Part shown: piece by piece, positions 41,645 to 52,326 of the stretch
How positions within the stretch are numbered: position 1 is the stretch's first letter
How the letters are laid out: each line of letters begins with the position of its first letter
Sequence record: OR525700
DNA length: 64,000 nucleotides
Direction: 5' to 3' (one strand)
Source of the DNA: Escherichia phage vB-Eco-KMB37
The notes under the pieces: generated by a model
Database searches by the model: none
Told to the model about the DNA's origin: nothing
What the model saw: the letters and a program-made list of their open reading frames with translations, nothing else
Program-made: the position numbers and the translations under genes

Positions 41645-44520
41645 TGTCAAGAATTAAGCACAGAATTGACAATGTTTTTCAACTGATCGATGGACATATT
41701 CAGTTCTTAGATCGTAATACAGGTTTAACTGTAGATCCTACAGTGCAACACTATGTATTAAACCCACAAAACGTTCTAGCTAATAACAGACACTTTATAA
41801 ACTGGACTGCTCAAGAAGGGCAACCAAACGGGGATGCTACAACAGAAGGTCAATCCGTGCTTATTCTTGGTTGCGCTTATGCATACCTAGCTTCCGGCGA
41901 TACAAAGTATTTAGACTCTGCTAAAAAATATTGGCAAGCCTATATAGATTACTTCTTTGGTGGTCAACCGATCCCCGATCCGCCAGCAAAATATCGCCCT
42001 AACTGGATTATTAACGGTAAAGAACCACGTCTTGCGCACTATCCTCTTACAGATGATGGCTACCCTACACACGGAGGTTTTAAGGGTAGCTTAATGACGT
42101 GGACTAACGGTAGAACAGTTATTCCTCATGGTGCTCCACATTGGGGAGAATACCTTGACAAAGCATGGTTTGCTTTTAATGGTAATCTAGGATGGAACTC
42201 TGTAAACGCTACAGTATATGCTGTTAATGCAGATGGTACAACAGATTGGTCTAAGAAGGGAGATCAATGGGATGTTGATTGGATCATTGATCGTCTAGGA
42301 CGTAAAGTTGATTGGGATGGAAATATCTTAGAAGAAGGTTTTCCAACATCTCAATACGGAACAGTTCAACTAAAAAATACTTCTGTAAACGGTACATATA
42401 AATTTAACTACGCGACTTGTAATCCTGTTGAACACGGTGGTTATTTAATGGAGCGTAACACTATGTGGCATAACAGACCAGTTAACGTTCCGGTAGAAAT
42501 GGGCTTTCAGGATAATGCGTCAGATGCTGAAACTTGGTGGTGTGATGCTAATTACCTGATGTACCAAATTACAGGGGAAAGAAAATATTGGCTATGCTGG
42601 CAGTCTTCACTGTTAGTGTGTCAAGATTATTCAAACATTGATATGTTTGATAAATTCTTCCGTAAGTCTACATATGCAACTATTCCGTTTACAGATGGCA
42701 TCTCTTACGATTATTCGTATCCGTCTACAGCAATACCTAAATATTCAAGAGATACTTTAGGTTATATTGTTATTAGACAAGATGTTGCTGCTCAAACAAC
42801 ATTAGAACAGCAAGCCATTTGGTTTAAAGTTGATCAGAACTCTAAGTTACGAGTTCAGTTCCAAGGTGTAGATGACGTAGGACATGGTATCCTTTTCCGT
42901 CCAGAATTGGAGCTAAGTAAGACCAAAGATGAAAATAACACAGTAACTTACCGTTGTGGTTTACCACTAGGTACAGCTAATATGACAAGCATGGATATTC
43001 CACTATCCAGCTTTATGAGAAGTACCCCTCCTAGTGGTGGAACATATATTATCGCAGATCCGCGAATTATTGTTGACTGGGGTGACAATACTGTGATACA
43101 ATATAAGTATGTAACAGGTATTGCTGGAACTAATAATGACCAGATTGTTACTGCATCAATGGATACGGATGGTGGTGTTACTGTTGGTTTTTGGTTAACT
43201 CCTACATCAAAAGCTAATGTTAAGTCTATTACATATAGAACATATGAAGATGACTTTAACATGACTATCACGGATGCTCAAGGTTGGAGATGGTGGGCTA
43301 TGCTGCCTAAAACGCAAGGGGCATGGAGTACGAAGACTTTATCAGCCTCTGCTTTTAAGTTAAGTGCTTACCAGCCTAATCATCCAGAAACAGATCCTAA
43401 ACCTTCAGCAATAAATCTTACTGCTGTAGATCAGGTAAATTTAGTTCTTGATACGGCTCCTGTCAATGGTTTAACAGGAACAATAGATTTCTATTGTATT
43501 AACGATGTACCTGAAAGATATTCGTCATCTTCTGGTGATGATTATACCATGTACTTCCGTATTACTGTACAGGCTTCAAGTCCTCATACTGCTAAGTTAG
43601 GTGATTGTACTATTATTGACTATAAGTTAAATAGTCTTAATTACACACCAGGAATAATTCCATTCTCTAATATCAGTGACCCAAACACTGCATTATACGA
43701 TGGATGGCGTGGTATTCCATACCCAGGATACCAGTATCCTTCCTTATACTGTTTCGCAGGTAGGGATATTGATTGGACACGTTTAAACAACAGTATTGAT
43801 TTCTTGTATGATGCTCAAATGTGGTTTTATAACACGTTTGATCCTGTGATGCCTGGGCCTATGGCACAAGCATATGTGTGGGATCGTTGGGATGCAAGAA
43901 AATACGGTGAACCTAATACGTTTACAATGAAACACTGGAATGAAAAAGCGTGGGATGGTTATGAAGCTCGTGCATTCTACTGTGCTTGTCATGCTGTATA
44001 CGAACTTGTACAAAGAGGAGAAACACCTCCTGAAAAACTAGTAACTGTTTGTAAAAATTGGATCAACTACCTTAAATGGTTCCAAGACAATAATGATGGA
44101 AGAACACCAACTATCTTTAACCCAGATGGTACAGTTCTTGCACCTATTGATGACTTTACTAGTCATATGTCTGCACTGTTTATGGCTGGTTGTTCAATCA
44201 TGGGCTTGGCAGGTTATGATTCACAAATTCCAAACATTGGTATTGTAGCAGACAGATGTTTTGATCTGATTCAGCAAAACTATATTGTGCTTTCCCCTAA
44301 CCATCCGATGAATGGTTCCTGGAGTGTTGCACCACGCCCAGATTCAGATAACGGAATGTTCTTTGGTTTCCATGCTGGAGAACTATTACGTGGTTTTGGT
44401 TTATATGCCTTGTATCGTAAACTAAACCCTCAAAACGCTTTACCAATTTTGGATAATAGTAACATACCAACACTAACTGTTCTAACTATGAATGATATTA
44501 GTGTTGATGTAACCAAATAA
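41644..44520 (+). CDS. Large baseplate or fibre-associated structural protein (958 aa)
   Basis: Size and position; Trp/Tyr-rich; no domain assigned. Confidence 0.4.
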   Translation: MSRIKHRIDNVFQLIDGHIQFLDRNTGLTVDPTVQHYVLNPQNVLANNRHFINWTAQEGQPNGDATTEGQSVLILGCAYAYLASGDTKYLDSAKKYWQAYIDYFFGGQPIPDPPAKYRPNWIINGKEPRLAHYPLTDDGYPTHGGFKGSLMTWTNGRTVIPHGAPHWGEYLDKAWFAFNGNLGWNSVNATVYAVNADGTTDWSKKGDQWDVDWIIDRLGRKVDWDGNILEEGFPTSQYGTVQLKNTSVNGTYKFNYATCNPVEHGGYLMERNTMWHNRPVNVPVEMGFQDNASDAETWWCDANYLMYQITGERKYWLCWQSSLLVCQDYSNIDMFDKFFRKSTYATIPFTDGISYDYSYPSTAIPKYSRDTLGYIVIRQDVAAQTTLEQQAIWFKVDQNSKLRVQFQGVDDVGHGILFRPELELSKTKDENNTVTYRCGLPLGTANMTSMDIPLSSFMRSTPPSGGTYIIADPRIIVDWGDNTVIQYKYVTGIAGTNNDQIVTASMDTDGGVTVGFWLTPTSKANVKSITYRTYEDDFNMTITDAQGWRWWAMLPKTQGAWSTKTLSASAFKLSAYQPNHPETDPKPSAINLTAVDQVNLVLDTAPVNGLTGTIDFYCINDVPERYSSSSGDDYTMYFRITVQASSPHTAKLGDCTIIDYKLNSLNYTPGIIPFSNISDPNTALYDGWRGIPYPGYQYPSLYCFAGRDIDWTRLNNSIDFLYDAQMWFYNTFDPVMPGPMAQAYVWDRWDARKYGEPNTFTMKHWNEKAWDGYEARAFYCACHAVYELVQRGETPPEKLVTVCKNWINYLKWFQDNNDGRTPTIFNPDGTVLAPIDDFTSHMSALFMAGCSIMGLAGYDSQIPNIGIVADRCFDLIQQNYIVLSPNHPMNGSWSVAPRPDSDNGMFFGFHAGELLRGFGLYALYRKLNPQNALPILDNSNIPTLTVLTMNDISVDVTK

Positions 44521-44528
44521 GGAAAATA

Positions 44529-46688
44529 ATGAAACAGGCTATTTTTACTGTAACTCGAAATACGAGAGTAAATGCCAGTTCATTCAGCTATAAGACCGTC
44601 GATGGAACGGCGGTCGCTGGTAGAGATTATGTAGCTAAACAGGGAACAGTAACGTTCCCTTCTGATGCAGATTCTGCTACTGTAGTGGTTGATGTATATG
44701 AACGTCCGGCAAACTCTTTAGATCTTTATTTTACTCTTGAGATTACTAGCATAAGTCAAAATAACATGATGATCAATGAAGAAATTCGTTGTGTTATTAC
44801 GACTAATCAATCGAATACGACCCCGCTAACTTGGCCTGTTGTGAAGTCTAGAATGTTTGATCCTAAGTTTTGGACAATAGATTCTCAAGCAACAGAAAGT
44901 TGTTCTATTATCTCTAATGGTGATTCTTTCACAGCAAGAATGGTTAATAGGACAGTGGCTGGTCTTGCTGGGATTATTTGGTCAACTTACGATAAATATG
45001 ATCACAAAGGATTAGGCTACCAAGAACATTCTGACTTAAGTAAAGAGAAACTTTGGTTTAAAATGGAACTTAGTCAAGGTGTTCCTGGATTAAAAGAAGA
45101 AAAATTAATACCATCCTTAACAGTGACACTGAAGGATGAAACAGTTCATTATGTATCTCTAAACTTTTATGCAGAAGAAGTTTCAGAGGATGGTAAAACA
45201 GCAACAATCAAACTAGATTTCTCAAATTTAAAATCTGGGCCAGAAAATGATATTGTTGTTGACACTACACAGATAGATAATATGTTCTTCTCCTTGATCT
45301 CAACGAGGTATCAAGAAATTGAAGATATTATTCCTGTAGACAATGAGGATCTTTCCTTTAAGTTTACCATACTGGAGCCTGATACTGGTTACAGTATGAT
45401 GAATATGGGTAATTTAAATGTTCCAGCACACACCATAAGAATGTGTACATCTTATGATGATATGTATAACCTGACCCCAGAGCGAGTTATTTCTAACACC
45501 TACAGATTAGGTTATAGGGATATGATTAACCACTATAATGGTATGTCACACTATTATCAGTTTAGTTGGGATGCTGGTTCTAATAAATGGGCTTTGAATA
45601 GAACAGAATATTTAAACCCAGCAACAGAAGCATGGTTTGATAATTTCCACGCTAATGCAAAAGCTATGGGCTACACAGTAATGAATTCCTTAAGTTTTGA
45701 ACTTATGAGTACAGTGTGTCCTGTAGAATGGGTACAACATACTTGGAATGATAATCTTGCTGCTACAGGTTATGAGCCACCAAGTTATGTTTTATCTCCT
45801 TCAATTGATGAAGGGATGGATTATTTACAAGGTGTAATAAATAAGATAGCTTCTATATCCGCTGCTAATGATCTTCCGGTTATTATTCAGGTTGGTGAAC
45901 CGTGGTGGTGGTATAACACAGCTACCAATCTACCGTGTATTTATGATTATACAACCAAAGTTGCATTTAATAATGAAACTGGATTGTATGCACAAGATGT
46001 TGGTACAGTTAAAAATTATAAAACTGGTACACCATATGATGAATATTATGCATTCCTATCTAAAACATTAGGACTGCGTGTTGCTAAATTTGCAACAGAT
46101 ACCAGATTAGCATATCCTGGAGCTAAAGTTACATTGTTACCATTTGTGCCATCCATTTTGGGTAATGGTATGATGGAGTTTGTTAACTTCCCTAAAGATT
46201 ATTATATCCCAGAAAACTTTGACTTTTATTGTTCAGAATGTTATGACTGGTTGTTGGAAGGTAAGATGGAAAGATCTTTCGACGCTATCACAATACCCAA
46301 TGAGCAACTAGGTTTTAGTTATGATAAGATACATTATCTTGCAGGGTTTGTTCCAGATGCAACTCTAGCACCATTATATGGCTTTGATCCTGAATCAGAC
46401 TACAGAACATACTTGTGGAAAATGATTATAGGTAATATTGTATTGAATGATCAGAAGTTTGTTGGTTTATATCAATACATATGGGCTTACCCACAAATAA
46501 TGCATGATTCAATAACTGTTCTTAATTCAAAATCCCAAGTGTTTTATATGGGTAATGTGCCTTTGAATTGCTACTTGCAAGATATCACTCTTAAACAGGT
46601 AAATGTTGAGATTGCCACTATAAGTGGAATTACATTAGCCACCAAATCTGGAGAAGATTTAGTAACAACACAAAAATTTTATATATAG
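44529..46688 (+). CDS. Large structural protein (719 aa)
   Basis: Size and position. Confidence 0.4.
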   Translation: MKQAIFTVTRNTRVNASSFSYKTVDGTAVAGRDYVAKQGTVTFPSDADSATVVVDVYERPANSLDLYFTLEITSISQNNMMINEEIRCVITTNQSNTTPLTWPVVKSRMFDPKFWTIDSQATESCSIISNGDSFTARMVNRTVAGLAGIIWSTYDKYDHKGLGYQEHSDLSKEKLWFKMELSQGVPGLKEEKLIPSLTVTLKDETVHYVSLNFYAEEVSEDGKTATIKLDFSNLKSGPENDIVVDTTQIDNMFFSLISTRYQEIEDIIPVDNEDLSFKFTILEPDTGYSMMNMGNLNVPAHTIRMCTSYDDMYNLTPERVISNTYRLGYRDMINHYNGMSHYYQFSWDAGSNKWALNRTEYLNPATEAWFDNFHANAKAMGYTVMNSLSFELMSTVCPVEWVQHTWNDNLAATGYEPPSYVLSPSIDEGMDYLQGVINKIASISAANDLPVIIQVGEPWWWYNTATNLPCIYDYTTKVAFNNETGLYAQDVGTVKNYKTGTPYDEYYAFLSKTLGLRVAKFATDTRLAYPGAKVTLLPFVPSILGNGMMEFVNFPKDYYIPENFDFYCSECYDWLLEGKMERSFDAITIPNEQLGFSYDKIHYLAGFVPDATLAPLYGFDPESDYRTYLWKMIIGNIVLNDQKFVGLYQYIWAYPQIMHDSITVLNSKSQVFYMGNVPLNCYLQDITLKQVNVEIATISGITLATKSGEDLVTTQKFYI

Positions 46689-46696
46689 GAGTAAAA

Positions 46697-47548
46697 ATGT
46701 CAACTACAATTACTAATTTACCCGAAACATCAAAAGTTAATGGTTCTGATTACCTGGTTTTAGACCAATCTGATAAGACTGTTAAAAGCACAGTTTCCAA
46801 CTTTCTTACTGACACTGGGGTGGTTTTAGCCACCCAGTTGAAAGATACAGATGGGGCATCTTTCATCAATACTTCTGACGGTGACTCTGTGCAGGTACAC
46901 CTAGATGCTATTGAGTCTGCTGCCCAAGTAACCACAAATTTGATTAAAGAAACCAATTCTGTAATTCCACCAGACTATAGTCGCCAACTTATTATTGGTG
47001 TTACTGATCGTGCGGGTGAAGCCAGTGCACAAATTCGTGCCGATGCTGGTAAAGGCGAAACTAATCCTATCCCCCAATGTATAGCAACTGACCCGGTAAC
47101 AGGAGAATTCTTTATTACTCGTGGATGGGATGCAATATCTCCTGTGTACGTTCATATTTATGACCGTAATTTTAACTTCCTTAAGGTTGTACGAGCTGGA
47201 GGTGGTTGGGGTGAGGGTATAGTTATCGGCTATGTTAATGGTGAACGTCGTATTGCAGTTAGTCGTGCATCTGCTGGGTATGCTGTTTATTCTTTACCGG
47301 CTACTGAAGACATTACTGGTTTAAATAGTGCAACTCTATTGTTTGAGCAGACTAGTGCTAACCAAGAGGCACAGCTTTCCAGTTATGGTAACTATGTAAC
47401 AATTCGCTGTTCTCATCTTGGTGATGACCGGTATATACGCCGCAGTCTGTATAGTGTGTATGACTTACAAGAATTTCTTACTACACCAGACCCAGTAAGA
47501 AAGAGTTTTATTCATTTCCCGTCTGACCAGATGAGTGGGGGGTATTGA
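46697..47548 (+). CDS. Tail fibre-associated protein (putative)
   Basis: Position; overlaps next gene by 14 nt in another frame. Confidence 0.35.
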   Translation: MSTTITNLPETSKVNGSDYLVLDQSDKTVKSTVSNFLTDTGVVLATQLKDTDGASFINTSDGDSVQVHLDAIESAAQVTTNLIKETNSVIPPDYSRQLIIGVTDRAGEASAQIRADAGKGETNPIPQCIATDPVTGEFFITRGWDAISPVYVHIYDRNFNFLKVVRAGGGWGEGIVIGYVNGERRIAVSRASAGYAVYSLPATEDITGLNSATLLFEQTSANQEAQLSSYGNYVTIRCSHLGDDRYIRRSLYSVYDLQEFLTTPDPVRKSFIHFPSDQMSGGY

Positions 47549-48761
47549 TACTAACTTCTTGGTTACTAAGTGTCAGGCAACTTGCCTTAGCCCTCGTGGG
47601 ATGGCTGGTCACAACGGTCAGACTTGGCACACTGTCAATGCTAACAGAGAGCTTCCGGGTTATCGCTTGCGATTCATTGAGGTATCTCATGGTGGTGATG
47701 TAATCACTAACCAAGTGCTGCATCCTAAATATGTGCTCGCTGAATATGCAAACAAAGGTTGGACACGTCCACTTGGTCAACCTTTAGATAATACGGAACC
47801 AGAAGGTATCTGCTACTCAAATGAGTATGGGTATGTCTGGCTTACAGTAATTTCTGAGCGAGTGTTTATTACCGCTCAGTATAATCCTGTACTGGCTGCC
47901 GAGTTGGATACTAATCGTGATTTAGACTTACGTGTGGCAGCTTTGCCACAGAGTAACAACCCAGGTAGTGCAAGATCTGTGTCAGCTAATGCCCCGATAG
48001 ATGATACTTCTGGTACTGCGTTGACTACCCCAGATGAAATTGTGGATATGATGCGTGCACGCCACTTACGTTACTACTCATGCTCACTCCGTAATGGATT
48101 AACTTTTGGTGATGTTTCTTTTACTGGAGACTACAATATGGCTGAGTTTGTATTGGTGGATGGAAACCAGTGTGCTGTCACTATCACCATTGAACGTAGT
48201 AATGTTCACCAGTTCTTCGCCTCTGGTGATACCCCAAGAAGATGGATGTATAGTGCAGTGCAGTATGGAGGTACTACATCTGATCAGGTAACAGGGGGTA
48301 GGACTTCTATGATCCAAATCGCACCAAATAACTTTGGGCAGATCAGGGTAGTTACCGCTGGCACTGGCAATCATACCCCGATGCAGTTTATAAGTAACCA
48401 GACAGCAGCAGTGGGGTCAATCACTATGACCAGCACTGCTACTGCATTCAACACTACATCGGATGAACGTCTTAAAGTGCTGCATGGCAATGTTCCAGAT
48501 GCTTTATCTATTATTGAATCTATGATTAATGACGGTGCAGTCCAGATGGCGGCATTTAAAGCTGATCCAGATAAAATATACCCTATGCTGATTGCCCAAC
48601 GCGTAGCTAAGTCTTGTGACTTTGCTGTAACTAAAGGTGATGGTGAGTATGGTGAAGAAGGATTCATCCCTGATATGGTAGATTACAGTAAACTTGTTCC
48701 ACTTTTGTTTGCTGCCATTATGCAGTTAAAAGCAAAGTTAGATGAGTGTGAAAGTAAGTAA
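47535..48761 (+). CDS. Tail fibre/spike protein with C-terminal intramolecular chaperone (S74-like) domain
   Basis: C-terminal about 100 aa (TSDERLKVLHGNV...LVPLLFAAIMQLKAKL) resemble the auto-cleaving chaperone domain of endosialidase-type fibres. Confidence 0.5.
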   Translation: MGGIDTNFLVTKCQATCLSPRGMAGHNGQTWHTVNANRELPGYRLRFIEVSHGGDVITNQVLHPKYVLAEYANKGWTRPLGQPLDNTEPEGICYSNEYGYVWLTVISERVFITAQYNPVLAAELDTNRDLDLRVAALPQSNNPGSARSVSANAPIDDTSGTALTTPDEIVDMMRARHLRYYSCSLRNGLTFGDVSFTGDYNMAEFVLVDGNQCAVTITIERSNVHQFFASGDTPRRWMYSAVQYGGTTSDQVTGGRTSMIQIAPNNFGQIRVVTAGTGNHTPMQFISNQTAAVGSITMTSTATAFNTTSDERLKVLHGNVPDALSIIESMINDGAVQMAAFKADPDKIYPMLIAQRVAKSCDFAVTKGDGEYGEEGFIPDMVDYSKLVPLLFAAIMQLKAKLDECESK

Positions 48762-48766
48762 TAGTA

Positions 48767-48790
48767 ATCCCCTCTTCGGAGGGGTTCTTA
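48767..48790 (+). terminator. Rho-independent terminator
   Basis: CCCCTC-TTCG-GAGGGG hairpin then TTCTT. Confidence 0.5.
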
Positions 48791-48809
48791 GAAAAACAAA
48801 GAGGTACTT

Positions 48810-48959
48810 ATGAACGAGATGTTCTCACAAGGCGGTATTGCCCCAGGTACTACTGCCATTAGTCTTAGTGCTGCTGTACTTGTGCATTCAGCGGGTTCTG
48901 TAGACCTTGGGGAATTAGCTGTATCTTGTGATTTAAAAAGTAATGAGAACGCACCATGA
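48810..48959 (+). CDS. Hypothetical small protein (49 aa)
   Basis: AGAGG RBS; stop overlaps the next ATG (ATGA coupling). Confidence 0.25.
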   Translation: MNEMFSQGGIAPGTTAISLSAAVLVHSAGSVDLGELAVSCDLKSNENAP

Positions 48960-49201
48960 GAAAATTTTTAATAGGTATGTTTTGTACATATCCTGATAAT
49001 AAAGTCAGTTCTACTAAAGTTTGGAATGCTATTGGTATGATTGTTATGTCCAGTATGTTTATTTATTTGGGAATTGATAAAGAAATTCCTGAATGGATGG
49101 GCTGGGCTTTTGTTTTTATGATCACACCATCCAGACTAATGAAGAATTTAATAGATTTACGTTGGGGCAGATCACCTGCCCCTGATAAGGAGGATAACTA
49201 A
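48956..49201 (+). CDS. Small two-TM membrane protein (holin-like or exclusion-like)
   Basis: Two hydrophobic segments (VWNAIGMIVMSSMFIYLGI; WMGWAFVFMITP) and charged C-terminus in 81 aa. Confidence 0.4.
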   Translation: MRKFLIGMFCTYPDNKVSSTKVWNAIGMIVMSSMFIYLGIDKEIPEWMGWAFVFMITPSRLMKNLIDLRWGRSPAPDKEDN

Positions 49202-50688
49202 TGGCAGATTATGGTTTAACAGATGCTGGTTTTGTAATTCCAACGTTTGATGATATTTTAAATAATTATATGACAGCATTGAAAAACACTTTCGGTGCAG
49301 ATACAGCTACATCTGAAGATACTGTCTTTGGTCAACTGTTTCGTATTATTGCATATACAGATTACACCCTTTGGGAAGGTATGCAAGGTGTTTACAATAC
49401 CCAAACCTTAGATGGTGCAGAAGGTATTTACCTTGATGAAATCTTCTCTAAAAGAGGTTTTTATCGTAAAGCTGCTTCTGCTGGTAGTGGTTATGCTTAT
49501 GTTAAATCTAACAATAAGGCAGCTTGGACTTATGAACTAAGCACAGATGTTTATTTTAATGCCGATAACGATTTGACATATTATGTCAGTGCACCAACAA
49601 TGTTGAATGCTAAGATTGGAGCATATACCATTTCTAAAGCAAACGCAACAGCTTCTGGTGAAACTTCTATTACTTTCTACATTCAAAGTGCTATTGATGG
49701 TGGTCTTAACAGTAAAACACTAAGTCCTAGCAATACAAACTTTATTTTAGATCTCACGAATTTCATTAAAGCTAACGTATCAACAACAGATCGTGCTTTA
49801 GTATGGAATGATGCTAGTAATGTTTATATGGGTTATAATCCAGAAGATAATGTTAACCCAATAGGTCTAGTAACACCAGTGAAATTTTACGCATCTATTG
49901 CAATTGGTACAAAATGGAGTGAAATTCCAGTTACGTGTTCAGACGTTGGTTATAATCCAGTAGGTACAGAAAGTATTACAGGTATTTCTTCAACGTTTAC
50001 AGGTTTTTTAGATACAGGTAACTTCTATCCATTCTCTCCAGGTACGGATGTTGAAACAGATGCAGAATTCCGCTCTCGTTTCAATGATAATATGGATGAA
50101 GCTAATGCTGCTACTCGTGCTGCTATTGTTAAAGCCCTGCTACTGACAGATGGTGTGACAAAGGTTAAGATTTATGATAACCCTACATTACATGATCAGG
50201 AACATGCTCCAGCTATGACATTCCAGACTATTGTGTATGGTGGTACAGCAGAAGAAGTTGCACAGGTTATTTATAATACTAAGCCTATTAACACCCTAAC
50301 CTATGGTACAACAGCAATTACTATCGTAACAGAAGATGGTGGTCAAGAAGTAATTCGTTTTTCTCCTGGTGACAATGCTGAATATTCACTTAAACTAGTA
50401 TATCAAACTGGCAATGGTAGTGTGTTAAGTACAACAGAAAGAGAAAATATTGTTTCTGCTCTTTCAAATCTACAGGCTTATTTTGAGTTAGGGTCAACAG
50501 TAACTAACGATCAGATAAAAGGTGTAATTTATTCTGCACTTGCGTTCGGACGCTTGACTTCTCTCCGTGTTTATGTTAAACTTAATACTGAGGATGACAG
50601 TAAATATAATGAGGGAGATATCACTCCAGCGTACAATGTTGTACCATCCTTTGACCTTGATAATATTTCCTACGAGTACGGAGTCTAA
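49201..50688 (+). CDS. Baseplate J-like protein (putative)
   Basis: 495 aa; position two genes upstream of the fibre and Tfa genes (J-I-H-Tfa-like order). Confidence 0.4.
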   Translation: MADYGLTDAGFVIPTFDDILNNYMTALKNTFGADTATSEDTVFGQLFRIIAYTDYTLWEGMQGVYNTQTLDGAEGIYLDEIFSKRGFYRKAASAGSGYAYVKSNNKAAWTYELSTDVYFNADNDLTYYVSAPTMLNAKIGAYTISKANATASGETSITFYIQSAIDGGLNSKTLSPSNTNFILDLTNFIKANVSTTDRALVWNDASNVYMGYNPEDNVNPIGLVTPVKFYASIAIGTKWSEIPVTCSDVGYNPVGTESITGISSTFTGFLDTGNFYPFSPGTDVETDAEFRSRFNDNMDEANAATRAAIVKALLLTDGVTKVKIYDNPTLHDQEHAPAMTFQTIVYGGTAEEVAQVIYNTKPINTLTYGTTAITIVTEDGGQEVIRFSPGDNAEYSLKLVYQTGNGSVLSTTERENIVSALSNLQAYFELGSTVTNDQIKGVIYSALAFGRLTSLRVYVKLNTEDDSKYNEGDITPAYNVVPSFDLDNISYEYGV

Positions 50689-50690
50689 AA

Positions 50691-51320
50691 ATGGCAGTGA
50701 GTGTTGACCATGTGACAACGTGGGATAGTATCAATGAAGATGTTAAAGACCTACTGATTGAAGATTTTAAATCTTCTCCGAACATTGTCAAACTACTCTA
50801 CATCATTTCTAGCGAAAAACAAAAGATAGATCAGGCAATGATCTATCTTGCCAAACACCGCTTAATCTCTACTGCAACTGGTAAGTATTTAGATCTTATT
50901 GGTGAAGAGATGGGAATGGAAAGAAATGGTGCTACAGATGAAGAGTATCGTACAATATTAAAAATCAGGGCTTATCGTGTTGCGTCTTCTGGTACGCGAG
51001 ATGATATCATTGATATGTTCGCTCGTTTTACAGGAACAGAAAAAGAAACGATCAATACATACGTTGGATTAAATAAAACATTCGACGTATTCTTTTATAA
51101 TTTGTGTCTACAATCCGATCAGGCAGTAGCACAGTTACTTAACGTTTTCCCGATCCTAAGTAGTTATCGCTTAGGTGCGAAAGCGGGTGCAGCCTTTGGT
51201 TTCACTTCCTATTATGCCACAACTCCACCTCATGGTATAGGTGGTTTAGGTTCTCTTTACACAGAGGCTGAAGGAGATGATACAGGGCGAATGACTATGC
51301 TGATAGCTCAAATAGAATAA
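50691..51320 (+). CDS. Baseplate/tail protein (gpI-like position)
   Basis: Position only. Confidence 0.35.
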   Translation: MAVSVDHVTTWDSINEDVKDLLIEDFKSSPNIVKLLYIISSEKQKIDQAMIYLAKHRLISTATGKYLDLIGEEMGMERNGATDEEYRTILKIRAYRVASSGTRDDIIDMFARFTGTEKETINTYVGLNKTFDVFFYNLCLQSDQAVAQLLNVFPILSSYRLGAKAGAAFGFTSYYATTPPHGIGGLGSLYTEAEGDDTGRMTMLIAQIE

Positions 51321-51333
51321 GGAGTTACTCTTA

Positions 51334-52314
51334 ATGGCAAAGCCACAATACTACCCTGACTGGGCGACACAAACAGTAACCCTCCCAGGAACGGGAAACA
51401 CAAACAAGATTAGACCAAAAGAAACCATCCGTAATGTTGGTATGGATTTTGGTCAGATTATGACTTGTGAAGAAATGAACTGGATCTTAAACAATATTGG
51501 GTCTTGGATTCGCTATATGCAAGATGAATTCTTCCCAACATTGCCTACCACATATCTTCCTATAGTCGGTACTAAAATTACAATGGCAGGTGATGCTACA
51601 GGTGAAGTTACATGGAATGGTAATGCTGCTGTAACACTATCTATTCAAGTAGTAGATAACAGCCATAATCACTTATCAGCTAACATTACAGACGCAACAT
51701 CGAACCAAGTTGTAGGAAATGTCCTTGTTAAGCGTGATAATGGTGGTGCTATCTATGCAGGTGATATTTACACTTGTGGTACAGGTGCTACAGATCCTGC
51801 AACATTATTTTTTAGAAACTATAATGGACAAACAGTAGGCAATATGTCTTCTGAACCAGGTGCAGGTGGTCAACTCTATATTTATAGAATAAATCCATCT
51901 ACTGGAGGAACATCTTGTGGAGTCCGTTTGTATGATGCAGGTTATGTTTTAATAGACAATCCTCGTTCTAATTCTGGTCAAGATACTGGCAATGGTAATG
52001 CTCTTGTAAGATTAGATTATCTTAACTCAAGACTAAACTCATTGCAAAGTACACTGCAAAATAATATTAACAACGTTAATAGCAACTTGCAAGGCCAAAT
52101 TAATAACATTAACAATAGAGTTTCTTCTGTTGTGTCTTCTATCCGTCTAGGTACACGTATTAAAGCTGGTGTATCTGAATCTCCTTTCTATGCTGGTCAC
52201 GTGATCACAGGTTGGGGTTTTGGTGATAAGAAAGAACTTCGTGGTGCTTGGTATTGGTCTGCTCCGCTACAATATTACATTAATGGTAGGTGGATAACAG
52301 TAACCAACGTTTAG
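51334..52314 (+). CDS. Tail fibre protein
   Basis: Asn/Ser/Gln-rich coiled-coil segment; immediately upstream of a Tfa gene. Confidence 0.55.
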   Translation: MAKPQYYPDWATQTVTLPGTGNTNKIRPKETIRNVGMDFGQIMTCEEMNWILNNIGSWIRYMQDEFFPTLPTTYLPIVGTKITMAGDATGEVTWNGNAAVTLSIQVVDNSHNHLSANITDATSNQVVGNVLVKRDNGGAIYAGDIYTCGTGATDPATLFFRNYNGQTVGNMSSEPGAGGQLYIYRINPSTGGTSCGVRLYDAGYVLIDNPRSNSGQDTGNGNALVRLDYLNSRLNSLQSTLQNNINNVNSNLQGQINNINNRVSSVVSSIRLGTRIKAGVSESPFYAGHVITGWGFGDKKELRGAWYWSAPLQYYINGRWITVTNV

Positions 52315-52326
52315 TAAGGAGAACAC

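Noticed and set aside
46697-48761. Possible programmed frameshift joining ORFs 46697..47548 and 47535..48761
   Set aside because: The 14-nt overlap has no X_XXY_YYZ slippery heptamer that I could identify; treated as two overlapping genes.
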